A DNA stretch of 45,576 nt from assembly GCA_000934665.2 (NCBI GenBank), contig JYFJ02003161.1, positions 1-45,576 on the forward strand, in the 5' to 3' direction. Shown here one piece after another: positions 21,501 to 36,500 of the stretch. A program made the position numbers and the translations under genes. The notes under the pieces are model-generated. The model was not told the origin of the DNA, searched no databases, and was given only the letters and a program-made list of their open reading frames with translations. Position 1 is the first letter of the stretch, and each line of letters opens with the position of its first letter. The DNA comes from Catajapyx aquilonaris. Taxonomy: Eukaryota.

Positions 21501-24500
21501 TCGTCCTCGTCTATGACTCTCAGCAGTCCTCCACGGATGTGGACCTTTTCAGGTCCGATGCTGCTGGTCACATGGCACGACACCTGTAGAGGAACTGTCG
21601 GTGTCTTCTCACGGTCCAAACCGCTGTTCGACACCAAAATGTCGCCCTTGACTGACACCGCATCTGAAATTAACCCAGTTGCAGAGTTACACATACCTGA
21701 TGACTCCACTTATTTCATTAAAGACATAAAATTCAAAATAATATTGAGATACACGTCAATTGGGGTGAGATTGTGCCAGGTGGAGTGAGATTGTGCCAGC
21801 GCATTTTTTGGGTGGGTGGGGGTGGGGGCTACCGCGAATTTTCCTCATCATTGCCAACCTCGACCATCATTGAATGTAGTAAAACAATGTTTCCTCGCAT
21901 CGGAGAGTGAAGAAAAAAGTACTAGAAAACTGATGGTGGTGTGCCACCCCCCAAAAAGGCCAATGGAGGCCTACTATCACGGGGTAAAATTTTTTAAAAA
22001 ACTACAAATACAAATAAAATAAATAAAAAATAAAACTGAATATAGTAAAACATTCCTAAATTCTACCAGTAGGGAGCACTGTTGTCCAAACATTCGCTGG
22101 CACAATCTCACCCCGTTTCACTGGTACGTATCCATAATCTTTGAACTACGGACTTTCCCAGCGCATAATTTAATAAAGGGTGAAAAATTCGCCCTTAAAC
22201 CGACCATGCATTCAAAAATAATTAGGCTAATATGGTAATAACGAGCACAAATGTGGAAACATCCGGTTTAATTACCACCATTGCATTAAGTGTAACCGGT
22301 TCCTAGAAAAACCGGTGTTGGCTAGTGTGAAACCGCATACTGTGACCTATGGCATTAGACAAAAGTTCCATGTAAGTATAGGCGTGTGCCGCATAATAAA
22401 ACATCCCCCCCATGGCATAATATGACAGGCTGGAAAAGAAAAAAATGTCGCGCGATATTCAAGCTGCGATATCGTGCTCGCCATAGTCAGTCGATATTGT
22501 AGTTACGCGAAGGGGGCACTATTATTTTTGCCAAGGCAGAGTCTCGACCTCGGACAATTGATCACGCAAGTTAACCTTGGAACTGATCCAAATGTAGTAA
22601 CCTACAGTGTGCGTTGTTGAATTTATCAGTCTACTCCACAGGGCTAAAAAAGATACCCACCGGGTCGTTTCCCGGGGATCCCGCCCCGGAATGACTCTTT
22701 TTATATTTTCAGGTGCTATGGTTTAGGATATATCTAAACTCACACACAAAAAAAAAACGGACACAAAGAGTGCAGTGCCCAAGACGGGCAAGACCACAAT
22801 ATATTCAAGGGAAGAAAGCAAGAAACAATAAGAGCCAAGAATCAGCTTAGATTTTTTTAAAAAAAATCACAAAGTGAAACAAGGGTGGCAAATCATGCGA
22901 GCGTGATTCGAGTATACTTTTTCTCATTGGGCAGTGAGAAATGAGAATACGATACTATACAATGCGATTCTAACTGGACAACAATGACATTAGGGTGGTG
23001 GAATACCTCCATTGGATGGGGCCAAAGGTAGGGAAGGAAGGAAGCGGCTGTGGCCGATTATGTACGGAAGTGAACCCGGAAGACCGAAAGTTGACCATGA
23101 AACATATAGGGTCCGCTGAATCCGAATCCGAATGCAGTTTGTCGGTGTCTCCTGAGGTGTAAGCCCTGATACCTGTCCACAGACAGACGGACAGAACCGT
23201 TCCATAAGAGTATTTTTCACATATGAAATTTGATCAATTTAGTTTCTGGAGTAAACAATCAGTGAACTTGAATAAATTGTTAAATGAAAACAAATTTGCG
23301 GACTATGCAAATTTTTCATCGTGTGCTGCACATTGCAAACGTTAACGAGAACAGTACATCAAAAATGCAATTACCTTTTTTTTTGCGAGACAAAAATGTT
23401 TGCAGGACTGCAAAAATGTGCAGCCATAATAATTCATGAAGGTCCAACGTTCTATAGGCAGGCACACATTTCAGAAACATTTGCTAGAAAAGTACTTGCG
23501 ATTTCTTAGATAATGTTTGGACGCAACGGTTTTGTTTTTTTGAGCCCATCCCCACGTGATGGGGCTTCAAGCTCGTAATTCTAGGTTATGCAAATGTGCC
23601 GGGAGGAGTCAACAAAATTTGGCTTGTTGTCAAAAACTCTGATGCGACTAGACCAAACGACCAAGAAAATGCTCACAAATTTTCTTTTTGATCTTACTTG
23701 TGATTCTTTATTTAAAAAAAATTAGAGTCAACTTAATTTGTACATATGATCATTATTACACACCCTGTACAAGGTACCCCTTTCGAACCTCTTGCGCATG
23801 GTTCATACATACACACTACAATATTTATCAGTCCACTTTTGTGCCGTCTATATTTAGTAACGTGGGACATGCGAAGCTCGAAACTGGTCGTCGATAATAC
23901 TCTATAGCTATATACGAAAGAATACTGGTAAATATATAAAAATGAATACAGGTCCTCTTTTCTTNCCCCCCCCCCCCCACTAAATTTCTATTGGATGACC
24001 ATCTAACGCTTGAGGTGGGAGTGGTGTTCATAAGCACACCTTTTCACGGAAGATCAACTCATTGGTTTTTCTTTTCACACGCAATTGGCTAGGTTATTGT
24101 CCCAGGATAAATCAGTGACTGCTAAAAATATGTATGTAAATATAACATATAACAACACGAAGCCACACTTGAGAGTTATGTCCCTAAGCTGCTCATAAAT
24201 TGTCACTTGAAACACTTTTTGAGAAAATTATGGAAAATTGGTCACTTACTGTTGGGCTGGACCTGATAAGTGATGCTGAGACCGTCGCATATGTTACGCA
24301 AGGGAGATGGACGAAGGTGACCCAACTCCAACGATGGACTGTTTTCGTACACGTCGTACACGTAGTTGACTGATAGCACACCAAAGCACAATTCCTGCAA
24401 AATATAGTTAAGAAATTGTAGATGAATTTTCAACGAGCACGAGTGCGCACCCACACTCACGCAGCTCCGTTCGTTCTAGAGCATTGGCAACGACGCAAAC

Positions 24501-27500
24501 GTCAGACATTTTGTTTGACCCCAGCGTTGTAAATAAGTATACAGCGCACTCTAGTGTCCAACTTACAATCATTGATAATGCCAACCGTGCACGCTGCGTG
24601 AACTGTAGTGCGCACTCGGTTGAGTTTGTAATAAAAAAAGTTCTAAGTATTGCAGATGGTTGTGCACATTACCTCTCCAAGATTGTCGCAATTCACGTCC
24701 TTTATTCGGACAACTTGCACTTCCAGGCTTGCAGGAGCTTTGGTGTTGCCTGCTGATGATTTTGCCCATGCGAAAAGGGTGGCCGTGACAGTGTTGACAC
24801 CTGCAACAATACGTTAAAATATATGTCAAGAATTAAAGCCACAATTGAACCATCTGTAAACTGGTATATGCAAGTAAACCGACGAGTTACACAAAACAAT
24901 TGACCGTTTTTTTTCGTTTGTTTTATGAAATAAGTGTTGCGAAATTAGGGCGTGGACTATATGCAAAAAACAAAGGTAATTCACCGAGTAGCCGATTTAG
25001 TGCCCTGATAAAGATGCAAGAGTTGGGCCAAAAGGGTTAACGCCTCCCTTTTATACGATCCAAATGAGCCGGAATAAACAGGCACTTCACCTGGCCATAG
25101 GTACAACGACCTTTTAGAAGCCTCCAGGTAGAGTATGGGTATCGATTGGCAATTCACCTTATGGAGAGCTATAGATCTCCCCTTTTCCTCCCCACTTCCA
25201 ACTCTCAAGGGAATTAAACCAAAACCGTATTTATCACATGCAACGTCATATCTAAAAAAAATATGCATCATCAAATCAACAGAAGACAATATTTTGGGGG
25301 GTGACATATAAGTAAACAGAATTGTAGGGTCATTTTCATGTGTAATACCATGAAATGAGGTACAGGGAAGGTAGAAATGACACGTTCGTTGTTTGCAGGA
25401 GGTGAAAATGAACCTTTCCTAACTTTCCGTGTGAACGTCAGCTGATAAGCCCCACGTGTGCGTGAGGATACACGTAACGATGATGGAAAAGGTTGGACAT
25501 GCTCCTGTGGTATAGAGGGGGGGGGGGGTGAAAGTTGAGGGCGTAGATTTTCGTGTGTGCACCCCGTACTATAGGGTAAATTGCGGGTGGAGCTCGGACC
25601 CATTCCATGAAATTCAGGCTCTCCAATAATCACACCCACATTGTACAAGGTGACTCAGAAACTGCGCCCTTAATAGACACACAGTTTGCTCCTCAGCAGT
25701 TTCTGAATCACCCTGTAGCGAAATAGCACCTTTTCCATCAAGTTGAGCAAATGTTTGCAGAGTTCTCGCAAAATTCTGGGGGGCTTCTTGTTTCAGTTCC
25801 GGAATGGGAAAAGTTGGGTCTGGAATGAGCGGAGTTAAGAGGCACTCGGGGTCTCTTTATATTCACATTATTGCTTTGGGAAGAAAGAGCGTGCTTAAGT
25901 CGTGCTGAAATCACGAAAGGCTTTCAAGTCTAGGTTTTTTTTAAAGCGAATGTAATTATTTCCTGGTATTCACACACGTACATGTCCGAGGTTGCAGGAC
26001 AAAGCCAAGGGTAATTCGGCACAGGACCTTCCTGGCGTGTCGATAAATCGTTATTGGAACACATTGGACTACAGGACCTAAACAATGGAGGGGGACACGT
26101 AATGTCATTATCTAGATGTCGGTACTTTGCCTCTTTGTTAAGGCCTTAACGTTAAGTCGTATTTGTTCAGGTTGCATTGATTTTTTTTAATGAAGCCGAA
26201 TCTTTTCAGCGCAAATTTTTGCTGAGTACACTGTACATAAGTCATTTTTGCAACTAAATTTGTCATCCAAATTGTATTATTTTCGTGAAAGATTCGCACT
26301 TTCCTTCCTTTTTAAGGAAATTACTGATGAAGTCCAGCAAATTAAGTTTTTCTGGCCAAATTTTACGGACTACAATGATAAATAATGTGCAGAACATGTT
26401 ACCGATAACAATGCAAAAATGAAGCCTGCAATTTTATTCAGAACAAACTCAATCGAGACTAAATAATGTTTGGTTGTTGACATTGTGATGGCCGTGGATT
26501 TTGCAGAGTATACGCATCATCGACTGGGCGTACTTTTTTTTCTCGTATTGTATAGGACAGTCATCTAAAATATGTGTGTCAGGGACAAAGCTTCGGAGCT
26601 CAATTTCTTCCTGAATTTTTCTGGCAAGGTTTCAGAAGGCAGCATTATACGATGAAAGAAAAAAATTTTACCAACTTTCACCAAAAAATATCATTGCAAG
26701 TTCATCTTACCTTGATCAAACAGAGACTTCAGGTGTATGGTTCCATTAGCGTCGACACCAAGATGTTTCGCTGTGTCATCAATGGAGTACTCCAAACTTG
26801 CAGTTGGATCATCACCCCGGTTGCGGATAACAACTGACCGGTACAGGACATCTCCTACTTTGGTCGTATCCGGTAGGGGCACAGTCACCTTCTCCTGGCT
26901 GAAGTAGAGCCCAAGGATGTCTGAAAATAATTTTAATAATGTTAAAATCTCCGGTATTCGATTCACAATTTTTCCAACTATTTGTGTCACTTATCTTAGA
27001 TTCTCCGCAATATTAATCAAACCAGACAACCTTGACTTCAGAAGTTTCTGTCAGGTAAAAAGCCCGCTTTGTGTCAATTAACATTCACATCACAATGTAA
27101 TTGTTCATTACTCCCTTTGAACTCCGGGCGCCAAAGAAATTTTTAAAAGGGAGCCAGTTGCGAAATTTTTCATCGAATAATCCAGCCCCATTGTTTCCTT
27201 TGACATTTAAACGCACCCAACATGATTGATAACAATTTTCAACCAACTCATCTACTCAAAACATACCCACACAACAGACCTCCAGATCGATCTAAGGTTA
27301 CTGCGGCTTAAGCCATGACCTTGCCACCAGATCAATGGTGTGACCAGCATATATAAAAACTCGACAATAAAAGAAGCTCTGGGGTAATTTAACCTAATAG
27401 CGGATATAAACTGATAATCACCTAAATGCTAGCTCTTTTTTGCGACCAAACTTTCAGCCCCTCTGAAGCAACGAAATTCACTCAGACGAAAAGTTAAGTT

Positions 27501-30500
27501 GCCAACGAGTCAACAGCTCGTGACCATTGCTATTTCTAGTCTTTGGCCGACGCTGACAGTTAGCTGTCATTTCTTCATCCCCGCTTCAGCTGCATCGAAG
27601 ACAGAAACGAATCAGTGGGAGACCTTTTTTTTCCGAAACAAGTCAGCTGTCCCTGGCACCTTAGGAGAAAAGCAAAGGGTCTCTCCCCGGCCCCCCCTTT
27701 TTGCCACTTAGTGAACCCCAGAAATCGATGAAAGACCAATAACATGAGGGAGAGAAAACCTGTGGACTTATTGGACGTGTGACGCCTACGATGCTTGTTA
27801 CTGGGAGCTGTTGGAGCGGATAAAAGCGATAGTCTCGGGCCAGCAAACGTGGTCGTGTGTTGTGTCACCAGAACCAACGAAATATAGTGGCCATGTAGGA
27901 TGACATTGCAATATTACACATAATTATTGAGTTATAAATACAATGTCCACAAAACTTAATATTAGCCGCAGATGAAACACCAAACTTCATTTTTTTAAAT
28001 CCTAAATTTTGCGAATTTAAACAAAAAATTGCGGTTCTTTCCCCTCAATCAATTCCAAATTTCATCACTCTCAGAGGTGTGGAAGTGGGTTAGGTAGCCC
28101 GGAAAATGGGGAAAAAACATACCTACATGTACTTGTACAAACTTTTACGTTTATAAGTATCACGACTATACTATTGAATGTTGCTTAGTTACATCGTACC
28201 ACATGAGTTATTGCTAGGGGGGTGCTCAAAGCTGCTTTGATACAAATGTCTCAATACGAAGAACTGTAGTGCGGAAAAATAATGATTCAAGTACTATACT
28301 ATAATCGTGGCTCTAATACGATTGTCATAAATAATTCGGGTACTCTGCACGACGTGCCACTTTGGTATCGACTTATCCTTGTTGTGTATTGCCGTTTATT
28401 TGACCATCGCACCTGTATAGTGCTATGTAGTAACTATACGCATCGAGTACGAGACATGCAGTCTAACACATGAGAAATGAATTCATTTTTTTGATTACGC
28501 TGTAATATAAATCTATATAAATTAAATAATTAAACATTTGAATGCGTATATGGAGTGTATTTAACCAGATTTTCTAAATAAAATATCTAGAATGAGTGTA
28601 AAATAATACTCTTGGTAAACTCCCTCGGTATTTTTCAGACATTTTTAGTCCTTTTTCAGCTTTGCCTCGGAGCATTAAATTGGGACAGAAACAGACAGAC
28701 CGGGAGGGCAGACATGCGGGAAGCCCAAATAATTCATTTACGTAAAAGCGCCACAATTTTGGAGTTTTCACTGCCTGGGCCTTTTTTCGAACAATTAGTG
28801 CCGGCAAATAACTTTCTAAATGAAAATATACGAGCCTGAAAATTTCTGGCGCAGTTACTCTGCAGAAAGCAATAATTTAATGCACCTTAGCAATAATATT
28901 TGACCTCGACTATATAGTCCCACTACATCATTTATAGCCTGTACGTTCTTATGCGGTTTTTCCCCAGAGCAAACTTTTAGTAGCCGTACATTTGGGAATC
29001 CGGGACCGTTACGGAGTACAAAAGCTGACACCGAAAAAGTATTAAGCGCCTGCGTTGCAAAAACTTTTCGCGGAAATCTTGCCCTTTCCCCAGGATGCAT
29101 TCGGTGTTTTTTTTTGCACTTTAAAGGACCCCCATCTGCCGGTATGAATCTCCGGTAGCGCAAGGTTGTAAAAAAAGCGAACTTCACTTAACGACCAGCC
29201 GTCAAATGGGCAAGAGTTGGAGCGTAATGAATAGTAAATGAAAAGTGCAACCATGCAAGTACTGTGGGCAATGCAGCGGATCCGTCACTTTGTAGCCTCC
29301 CCTATACCTAAAGGCCCCTCATATAGTTGTTGTCCTAGAGACGCGCGTGACGGATAAAGTTTCACGAGGTCAAAGAGTGAAATGAGCACGTGACCTTACG
29401 ATGCTAATAAATCGGATAAGACATCTGTTGTGTATTGCGTATTAATTGTTCGGTTTTTGGTTCACCCCCCTTTGTCTGATAACAAGGTTTTCGAAGATGC
29501 CCTGAAAAAAACATGCAAACAATAGTCACAATAGTATTTTATCACTGACATTCAAGACTAGTCCGCAGTTGGACTATAGCCGAGCTCTGCATGTGACAGG
29601 ACGACAAATGACATGTTTAACCCCCTGAGTGCATAAAGACTTTAAATCTACTTGATCACATTTGAATACAAGGTCTGGTCACTTCACATTATGTAATATC
29701 GGCTTTATCATTACTTGAAATTCTATAAATCTTTCAACGCCATTAATATTAGGCCGCCCTAACGTCTAATTCTATTTCAATCGCACTGCCCCACTCAAAA
29801 TGAGCAAATTTTAACACAAATTGAGTTAGCTTTTTTGTTCAAAAAATTTGAGTTGAAATTCAATCAAACTGGGTACTGTTGTGTCAAAATAAATTCTTCT
29901 CAAATCATGAAATTTAAGTCTGGAATCAGACTGATCGTTCTGCATTTCAGGTATTCAATTTATGCAGCTTCCCACTCTGTGTTTTTGCATCGGATTTGAA
30001 TTTGCAATTCATGACTACATACTGCACTCAATATTCCTAATGGCTACACAGGTTCCTGGTGTTCAAAATAACGCGACATGACTTCAAACAAATGCGGCGC
30101 AATTTTAACTGAGGTCAAGCTGTGGTCACCCCCCAAAAAAATGTCTTTGGTGTGATCAAAAAAAATATTCCAGACAGTCTGCCCTGGTTATGCTGCACGT
30201 ATACTAAAATTGTATCGTAGCTTTGTGCGTAATAATTCACGACTAAGCGGCCTTTGCGTAGACCCGTTTCAAGCAGAGAAAATCGACATGAAGTATTTGG
30301 AGGAATGGAAGGACACACATACATATAGGACAGAAAGGTACCGGGCACCATCATCGATTTACCGATCCCATTTCCCCTCCCCCCCCCTCCCCTTCCCACA
30401 TTCATTTTTGGATTATTACATCCAGAAGTCGCGACCCCACGGTTTGTACTACGCATACTACGGCATGCTACGTCATAGTCGCTGACAGGCTGACGTCAAG

Positions 30501-33500
30501 GAAATCCAAGATCCGGGGGTATAAAGATAGAGCGTTGACAACTTCCGTCAAACTGATTTTCAAACGATAAGTGCTCCTGTCACTACCTGGGAGTATTTTC
30601 GTACCGTCGGAATATTGACACGACGATTATCGTGAAAAGCATCAATTAAAGTCTTAGAAGAAAAGTAGGTTAATCACACTCCCACCCGGATAATAATCAG
30701 CCATTATTTGATAACAACCGATACACAAAGAGGTCGATAAAGCTCTTGATTTACGCCACTCTTGGGATCCCCAATTCCGGGTAAAGAAGGGCTATATATC
30801 CTGCCCCGGATAACATCACTGCCTCCGGATCCTCAGACCCAAAGGATTACTTCCGGAGCCCTTCCTTGCCACTAACAAGGCGCGTCTTGTACACTCGATC
30901 CGACTGGCTTTGACGCGACACGACGCGATCGGAATAAGGGAAGGACTATCGAAGGCTATTGCGGCTAACATATTTCACTGTAGATGGGGAAGCCAGACAA
31001 TCTTGTTAGGAGAACAATTCAATTTTAAATTTCTCGTTTTAAAAAAATATGGCAGTGTAGTCTACGAGAGCAACCACATTCGCGCAGCCTTAACAACGTC
31101 GCAAACGGCGGCCATTTTGTTACCCCAAGCATAGCGTTGGAAATAAGTATCACAGTACACCCACTAGAGCTTACCAACTGTCATTGATAATGCCAACCCT
31201 ACAAGCTGCGTGAACTGCGGTGCGCACTGGGTTGCGTTCGTTTAAAAAATCATCTTCATAAATGGCTCGTATATTTATCAGGTGCTGTAGGTCATCCCTC
31301 ATAACATTATAGTAGTAGCAGGGTAGAATATCTGACATTATATAAAGCAGAAAGTTTGTTGGTATTTATGTATGTCATGGCTACCTAACCCACTTTTAGA
31401 GTCCTGATAGTGCTGAAACTTGGCACATTGACATCTTACATGCCGATAATTTAGTGAAAAGTCCCAAACACTGCAATTTTTTGAGTTTAAATACCCCAAA
31501 TTTATATTTTTATGTTTTTAATTATGTTTGGTGTCTTATCTGCAGCCATTGTGGCACAGATTTCTTTTAATTATCAATCACCGTCTGAAGTTTTTTAATC
31601 CCTAAAGAAAACTGCAATGCATCAAAATCATGTCTCCACAACCTGACACGTTAGGTGTGACTCGTAGCAAAACACCGTCGAGGTTACAAATTGCACCCCT
31701 GCAGTTTCCAAACTTTCTGGATAAACGACCAACAACTGGAGTTGACGTGAAGACGAATAGGTTCCTGGCCTGTCCACCAAAAAAATGTAGATAACACCTT
31801 TTTTTTGGCTTGATAAATTGCATATTCATCTTGTGGGACGGCCGGAAAAAAATTGGAGAATACATTAGTTGCTGTGGATATCCTTATCTACACTTATGTC
31901 CATAGCACGTGACACTAGAACCATATTGGAGAGCATTTCGCCACAAGTGGATGGCGCCAGACCTCTCTTGTTACAAAGATAATTTGGCGATCTTTCAAAC
32001 CTTATTGATCCGGCAACCAGAGTCTGCCATTTTTTTCTCTCTAAAAAACCATCCCATCTTCACCCCGCCTCTAAACTAAATCATGCTTGAGATTGACTGA
32101 CTCTACTTATCATTTCCCGAAAAAGTTTTTTTTTCTGCTGCAAAAAGTTTCCCTGATCAACTTTTCTCGTTTGTAATAGGCGGGCGAACTCTCTATAGTT
32201 TTTTTAACGAGTTTTTGGATCAGCCAATAGGGGGCGCGACCTCTGCTGGAAGGACACCTGACAGAAACGAGTGACAAGCAACCTCCATTAAACGTCGTAG
32301 TAAAACCCCTTTTCCGAGGGGAATGCAATAAAATAAGCGACTTTCTGTGTGCTGGAAAAGGTCACGCTAAATTACTCTGGTTTTCAAAAAAGAACCGGTT
32401 CGATAATGGATCTGAAGTAAAAGGGTCATACCCTATATGCAATATTTAGGTAGGGTTATATATTTTGATATTGCTATTTTTATCTAACTAGTACAGCAGG
32501 TCCATTTCAGCGATTTTTATACACTTAGGTAGGGCCGGTTTCACCGAGTTCGGTATATGATAAAACCAGGTTTCTTTTAGGAAAATCCATACAAATAGGT
32601 AGGGATTTTCCGAAATAACACTGGTTTTATCATATATTGAGCTCGGTGGAACCGGCCATATTAAAATCCTTGCGGGAGTAGGCCGAGCCCTCTGATTGGT
32701 CCGCCGCATATTGTTACCACCACCTCCCCATTGGCCCGCGTTCTACTCATGCGTAAACAACTAATCTGATTAAATTTGCATTCAGTCGCTTTTTAAGATG
32801 TCAAAAATATTGGCTTATAATTTTATAACTTCAACTCGCGCTAATAAGGTACTGATTGAACCGATTTTTAAGCAATAGTTCACACAAAAAATGGATGCAT
32901 TCCACCTAATATTAGCAGCTATTTTGATCAAAAATATCTGCTTTGTGACACTTCGGATGGAACATAATATTATTTTGAACGAATATTCACTTTCTGAATT
33001 TCAAATAGCAAACCAATCATTTTGGGGCTACATATCTCACTAATTTGATCCAACTTATTGTTACATAATATTAGCATAAATTCATTGAAAGGTATTTTAA
33101 TATTTAGCTCATTTGACTAAACATATTCACTTGAAAGAATTGATTTGAAATTTTGATTTGCAAATATTTCAACCGAAAAAAAATCACAAATTATTAAGTG
33201 CACAACAGCTGTTGATAACTTTTCGTTCCCAGCAATGCGTGTTGTGTCGATGCGAAAAAAAACAGATTCGCAATCTCCTTCCATATGCTCGTCTTTTAGC
33301 GTCCGTGCTCATTAAGGACCCCTACAAATCAACACATACAACACGTGCATGAAATTACTGGCCCCAAACGATATCAATCCTTGCATGTCGCTCTAGTTAA
33401 ACTATTTTTTTAGACAAAAAAATCCAGCACATGCGACCATGCGCACTTCAACACATTTCTGTTCATCATCCATTCGTGTGAAAAAGTCCGCAACCCCGCG

Positions 33501-36500
33501 CAATCTCACGCGTCCGCTCGCGTTTTTTTTTCCTCTTCTTTCTCACGACTCATCGCGTTTTTCCAGATGCGAATCTGTGTAGCCTAAAACTCAGAAAAAG
33601 TAAGTGGAGGTAGGGGGGGGTAAGCAAACCCCCATTTCTAACCCCCCCCCCCTTTTTCGACTGTATATAGTTCGCGTGCGGTATATCGCGTGACTGCGGA
33701 GACGCCCTGCAGGATATACCCACTGCGGCACTGCTACCTCGCCTACCTAGCTTCTAAATGTTCCTTTATACACTGCCGTATATACGAAGATCCCCTTTTT
33801 TTGCATATGGTATCTCATTGCACGGTCAAAGAACCGTAAAAAGTCAAGCCCAGATTTTTTTTATAAAAAAAATAGAGAATTATGCACGTGCCCCCCTTTT
33901 TTCGGGGTAAAAACTGGTGTTCCCATGCTAAAAGCTTGGTTTAAATATTCATGGTGGCGACTGGACCGTGAAATCGCGCTTTATGCAGCTAATCAGACCT
34001 TTAACATTAATTCATACTAAATTTATGTGGAGTACGACCAAGTTTGTTGAGTAACTTGATGTGTTGTCGTACTTACGTCCAGATGATTTGTATAACGCTT
34101 ATAAATTGCAATGTTTGCCTAATATTTAGGAGAAGGTTGTCTATATTATGAAACTTTCTCTCTGGGGAAGTTTTATTATACCAAAGGGTGGAATTTTCGT
34201 CCCACTGCTAGTTACTGCTAACTTATCCGTAACCATCCCGAACCTCGTCCCGAACATTAGCAACAGTGGGACGAAAATTCCACCCAAAATGTTTACCTAG
34301 AAAATAGCAAGTTCGTTATCTATTACTGTACAGTAAGTCCAAATTGTTGGGCTAATTGGCAATTAATCTTTCCGTTTGATAAAATTTTGTGTTGTCGCAC
34401 TTTCGTTTTTACAGAAGATTTGGCTTTATATGTTTGTTTATTTTCAATGTTTTCCTATAGATAAATATTATTAAACTGGCTCTCTGGAGAATAAGTTTTA
34501 TTTTAAAATATTTACCTAAGAAAGTAACAAGTTTCTAACTCTCAATACGTCCAAACTAGACAATTAGGTTGATTGGCTATTAATCTTTCTGTTTTATATT
34601 ATGTGGAAGTTCAAAATTTTAGGGCGGGTCATACCGGCTTTATATCGCAGTTTTCGTGAAGGATTCCTAATCCTTTCCTAAGCGCCCATTTCATTTCCAT
34701 TTCGCAGAATTTCCCCATTTCATAATAAGCACAACGGAAGCAGACGCTTAAAATTTTACGGCTCGTCTGGTACGGATCATATTAGCCTAATGCTTTTCAC
34801 AATATTACGTTAAATGCGCAATATGTTACTATAATCCCATTTATATTGTGGTTACTGGTGGACAAACAAACAATTTTTCTTTTGCACAAATGTAAAGCAG
34901 ATTAATATTTATGTTTCTTTGCTCCGTGCATGGTATGGCCGGGTCCAGTTTCTCAGAACATATCAACACAGAGCACATGTTTCGTATCGACACAACTGGT
35001 CGAGGCTGCCGTTAAGCCTTGCGTGCGGATTGTATACATCATAATCCTAGATGCATATTCTGGCTTTTAATCCCCTTGCCCCCTACTTCTTTTTTTATAT
35101 ACGTATATTCATCCAGCAGGTGTCCCCAACTGTCATCTCCACCTGTCACAACTTGAAAAACATCACAATCAGGTCGTTCACATTAGCACCAATTTGACCA
35201 GTTTCTGAACCATCCTGTGCTGTATCTGTCTGTAGATGGACCACCCAACTATCTCCCCCTCTCATCCCAAATAACAGCTGTCGTGTAGGGGGATTAACAT
35301 GAGACACAACGCGTGTGCCTTTGAAGGGGTCATCAGTTAATTCCCATAAACCGCTAATGATCATTTATGACGTCACAATTATACTCCCGCCCAATTTTTT
35401 TTATATACTTGTGACTCAGTATTTACGTTATAATTTTTTGGGAGTCGGCAAATGCCGCAAAGGGGCGTAATTACTTCTAAGATTATTATCGGGCATCGTT
35501 ATGACTCCGGGTCATAAAATATGCATCGCTTTGAGATGCTATCTGCCAGTCAATTACATGTACGAGTACGCCGGTTGTACTACGAGTTGGTATAAACAAC
35601 TGGAAAAAAAAAGAAGCCGAGTTAAGTGCCGTGTCAGTGCCCACTCTACAAATAGAAAATGGGGTCCCGCACAGTCGTCAAGCCCGATTCGCACGTGAGC
35701 GCAATGAACAAACATAAAAAAATAATGTGTAACTGAGCCTGGGCTCGTAATGTTTTTGGTATACTGCCACATTGCATTACATTGTCAGCCAGAGAAGAAA
35801 CTCAAAAATAACCGAACCAGCCAGTCCTTGACAATACCCATAAAGCAAAATATAGGTCCAGCTATTATAGGTATCTATATCTACGCAAGGCTCAAGGCAA
35901 AGAAAAGTTATGGATTGTTCACCCCAGCAACAGTATACATAAATGTTTTTAAAAATGTGGAATATGAAAGCCATATTAATTAATATTGAATTGTTAATTA
36001 TTAAATTATTAAATTGTTAAAATTAAATATTACTGCTAAAACAAATTAATATTGCAATAATTAAATATTACTGGTAAAACTAATAGTTAATATTTGGGTG
36101 TAATTTTCGTCCCACTGCTAGTTACTGCTAACTTTAGCAGTACCAGTGTTGGCAATTGCACTGCTAAGTTAGCAGTAACTAGCAGTGGGACGAGAATTCC
36201 ACCCATTGTCATTAAATATTACTGTTAAAACAAATTAAATATTGCAAATAAATTTGAAAATTTGAAAATTTGAAATCTAAGGAAACAGATGTTACAATTA
36301 AATTAAATAATATATGGTAAACGTGTAAAAACGTAAATGCACATAAAAGAAATTTATTCATTTAGGATTAAAAATTTGTCAACCTTTTCTAGCAGTTATC
36401 ATAAAATTTATAAATATAGACCCTAAAACTAGCCTAATAATTTCTTTAAGAAAATTTCAACTGTCAAAAACAAAAAGGAAAATGTTACAATCAAATTAAA

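Noticed and set aside
23965..23978. Single N beside a poly-C run
   Set aside because: Sequencing or assembly ambiguity at a homopolymer, not biology.
24569..24899. ORFs 24569..24829 and 24702..24899 as the Ret exon frame
   Set aside because: The phase-compatible Ret exon (24673-24800) uses the third frame ([12 protein letters not shown]...VNCDNLGE), which joins ELCF.
27240..29254. Nearer candidates for Ret exon 1
   Set aside because: None of the candidates examined gives a hydrophobic signal peptide with an open frame and a good phase-1 donor, unlike 36859-36919.
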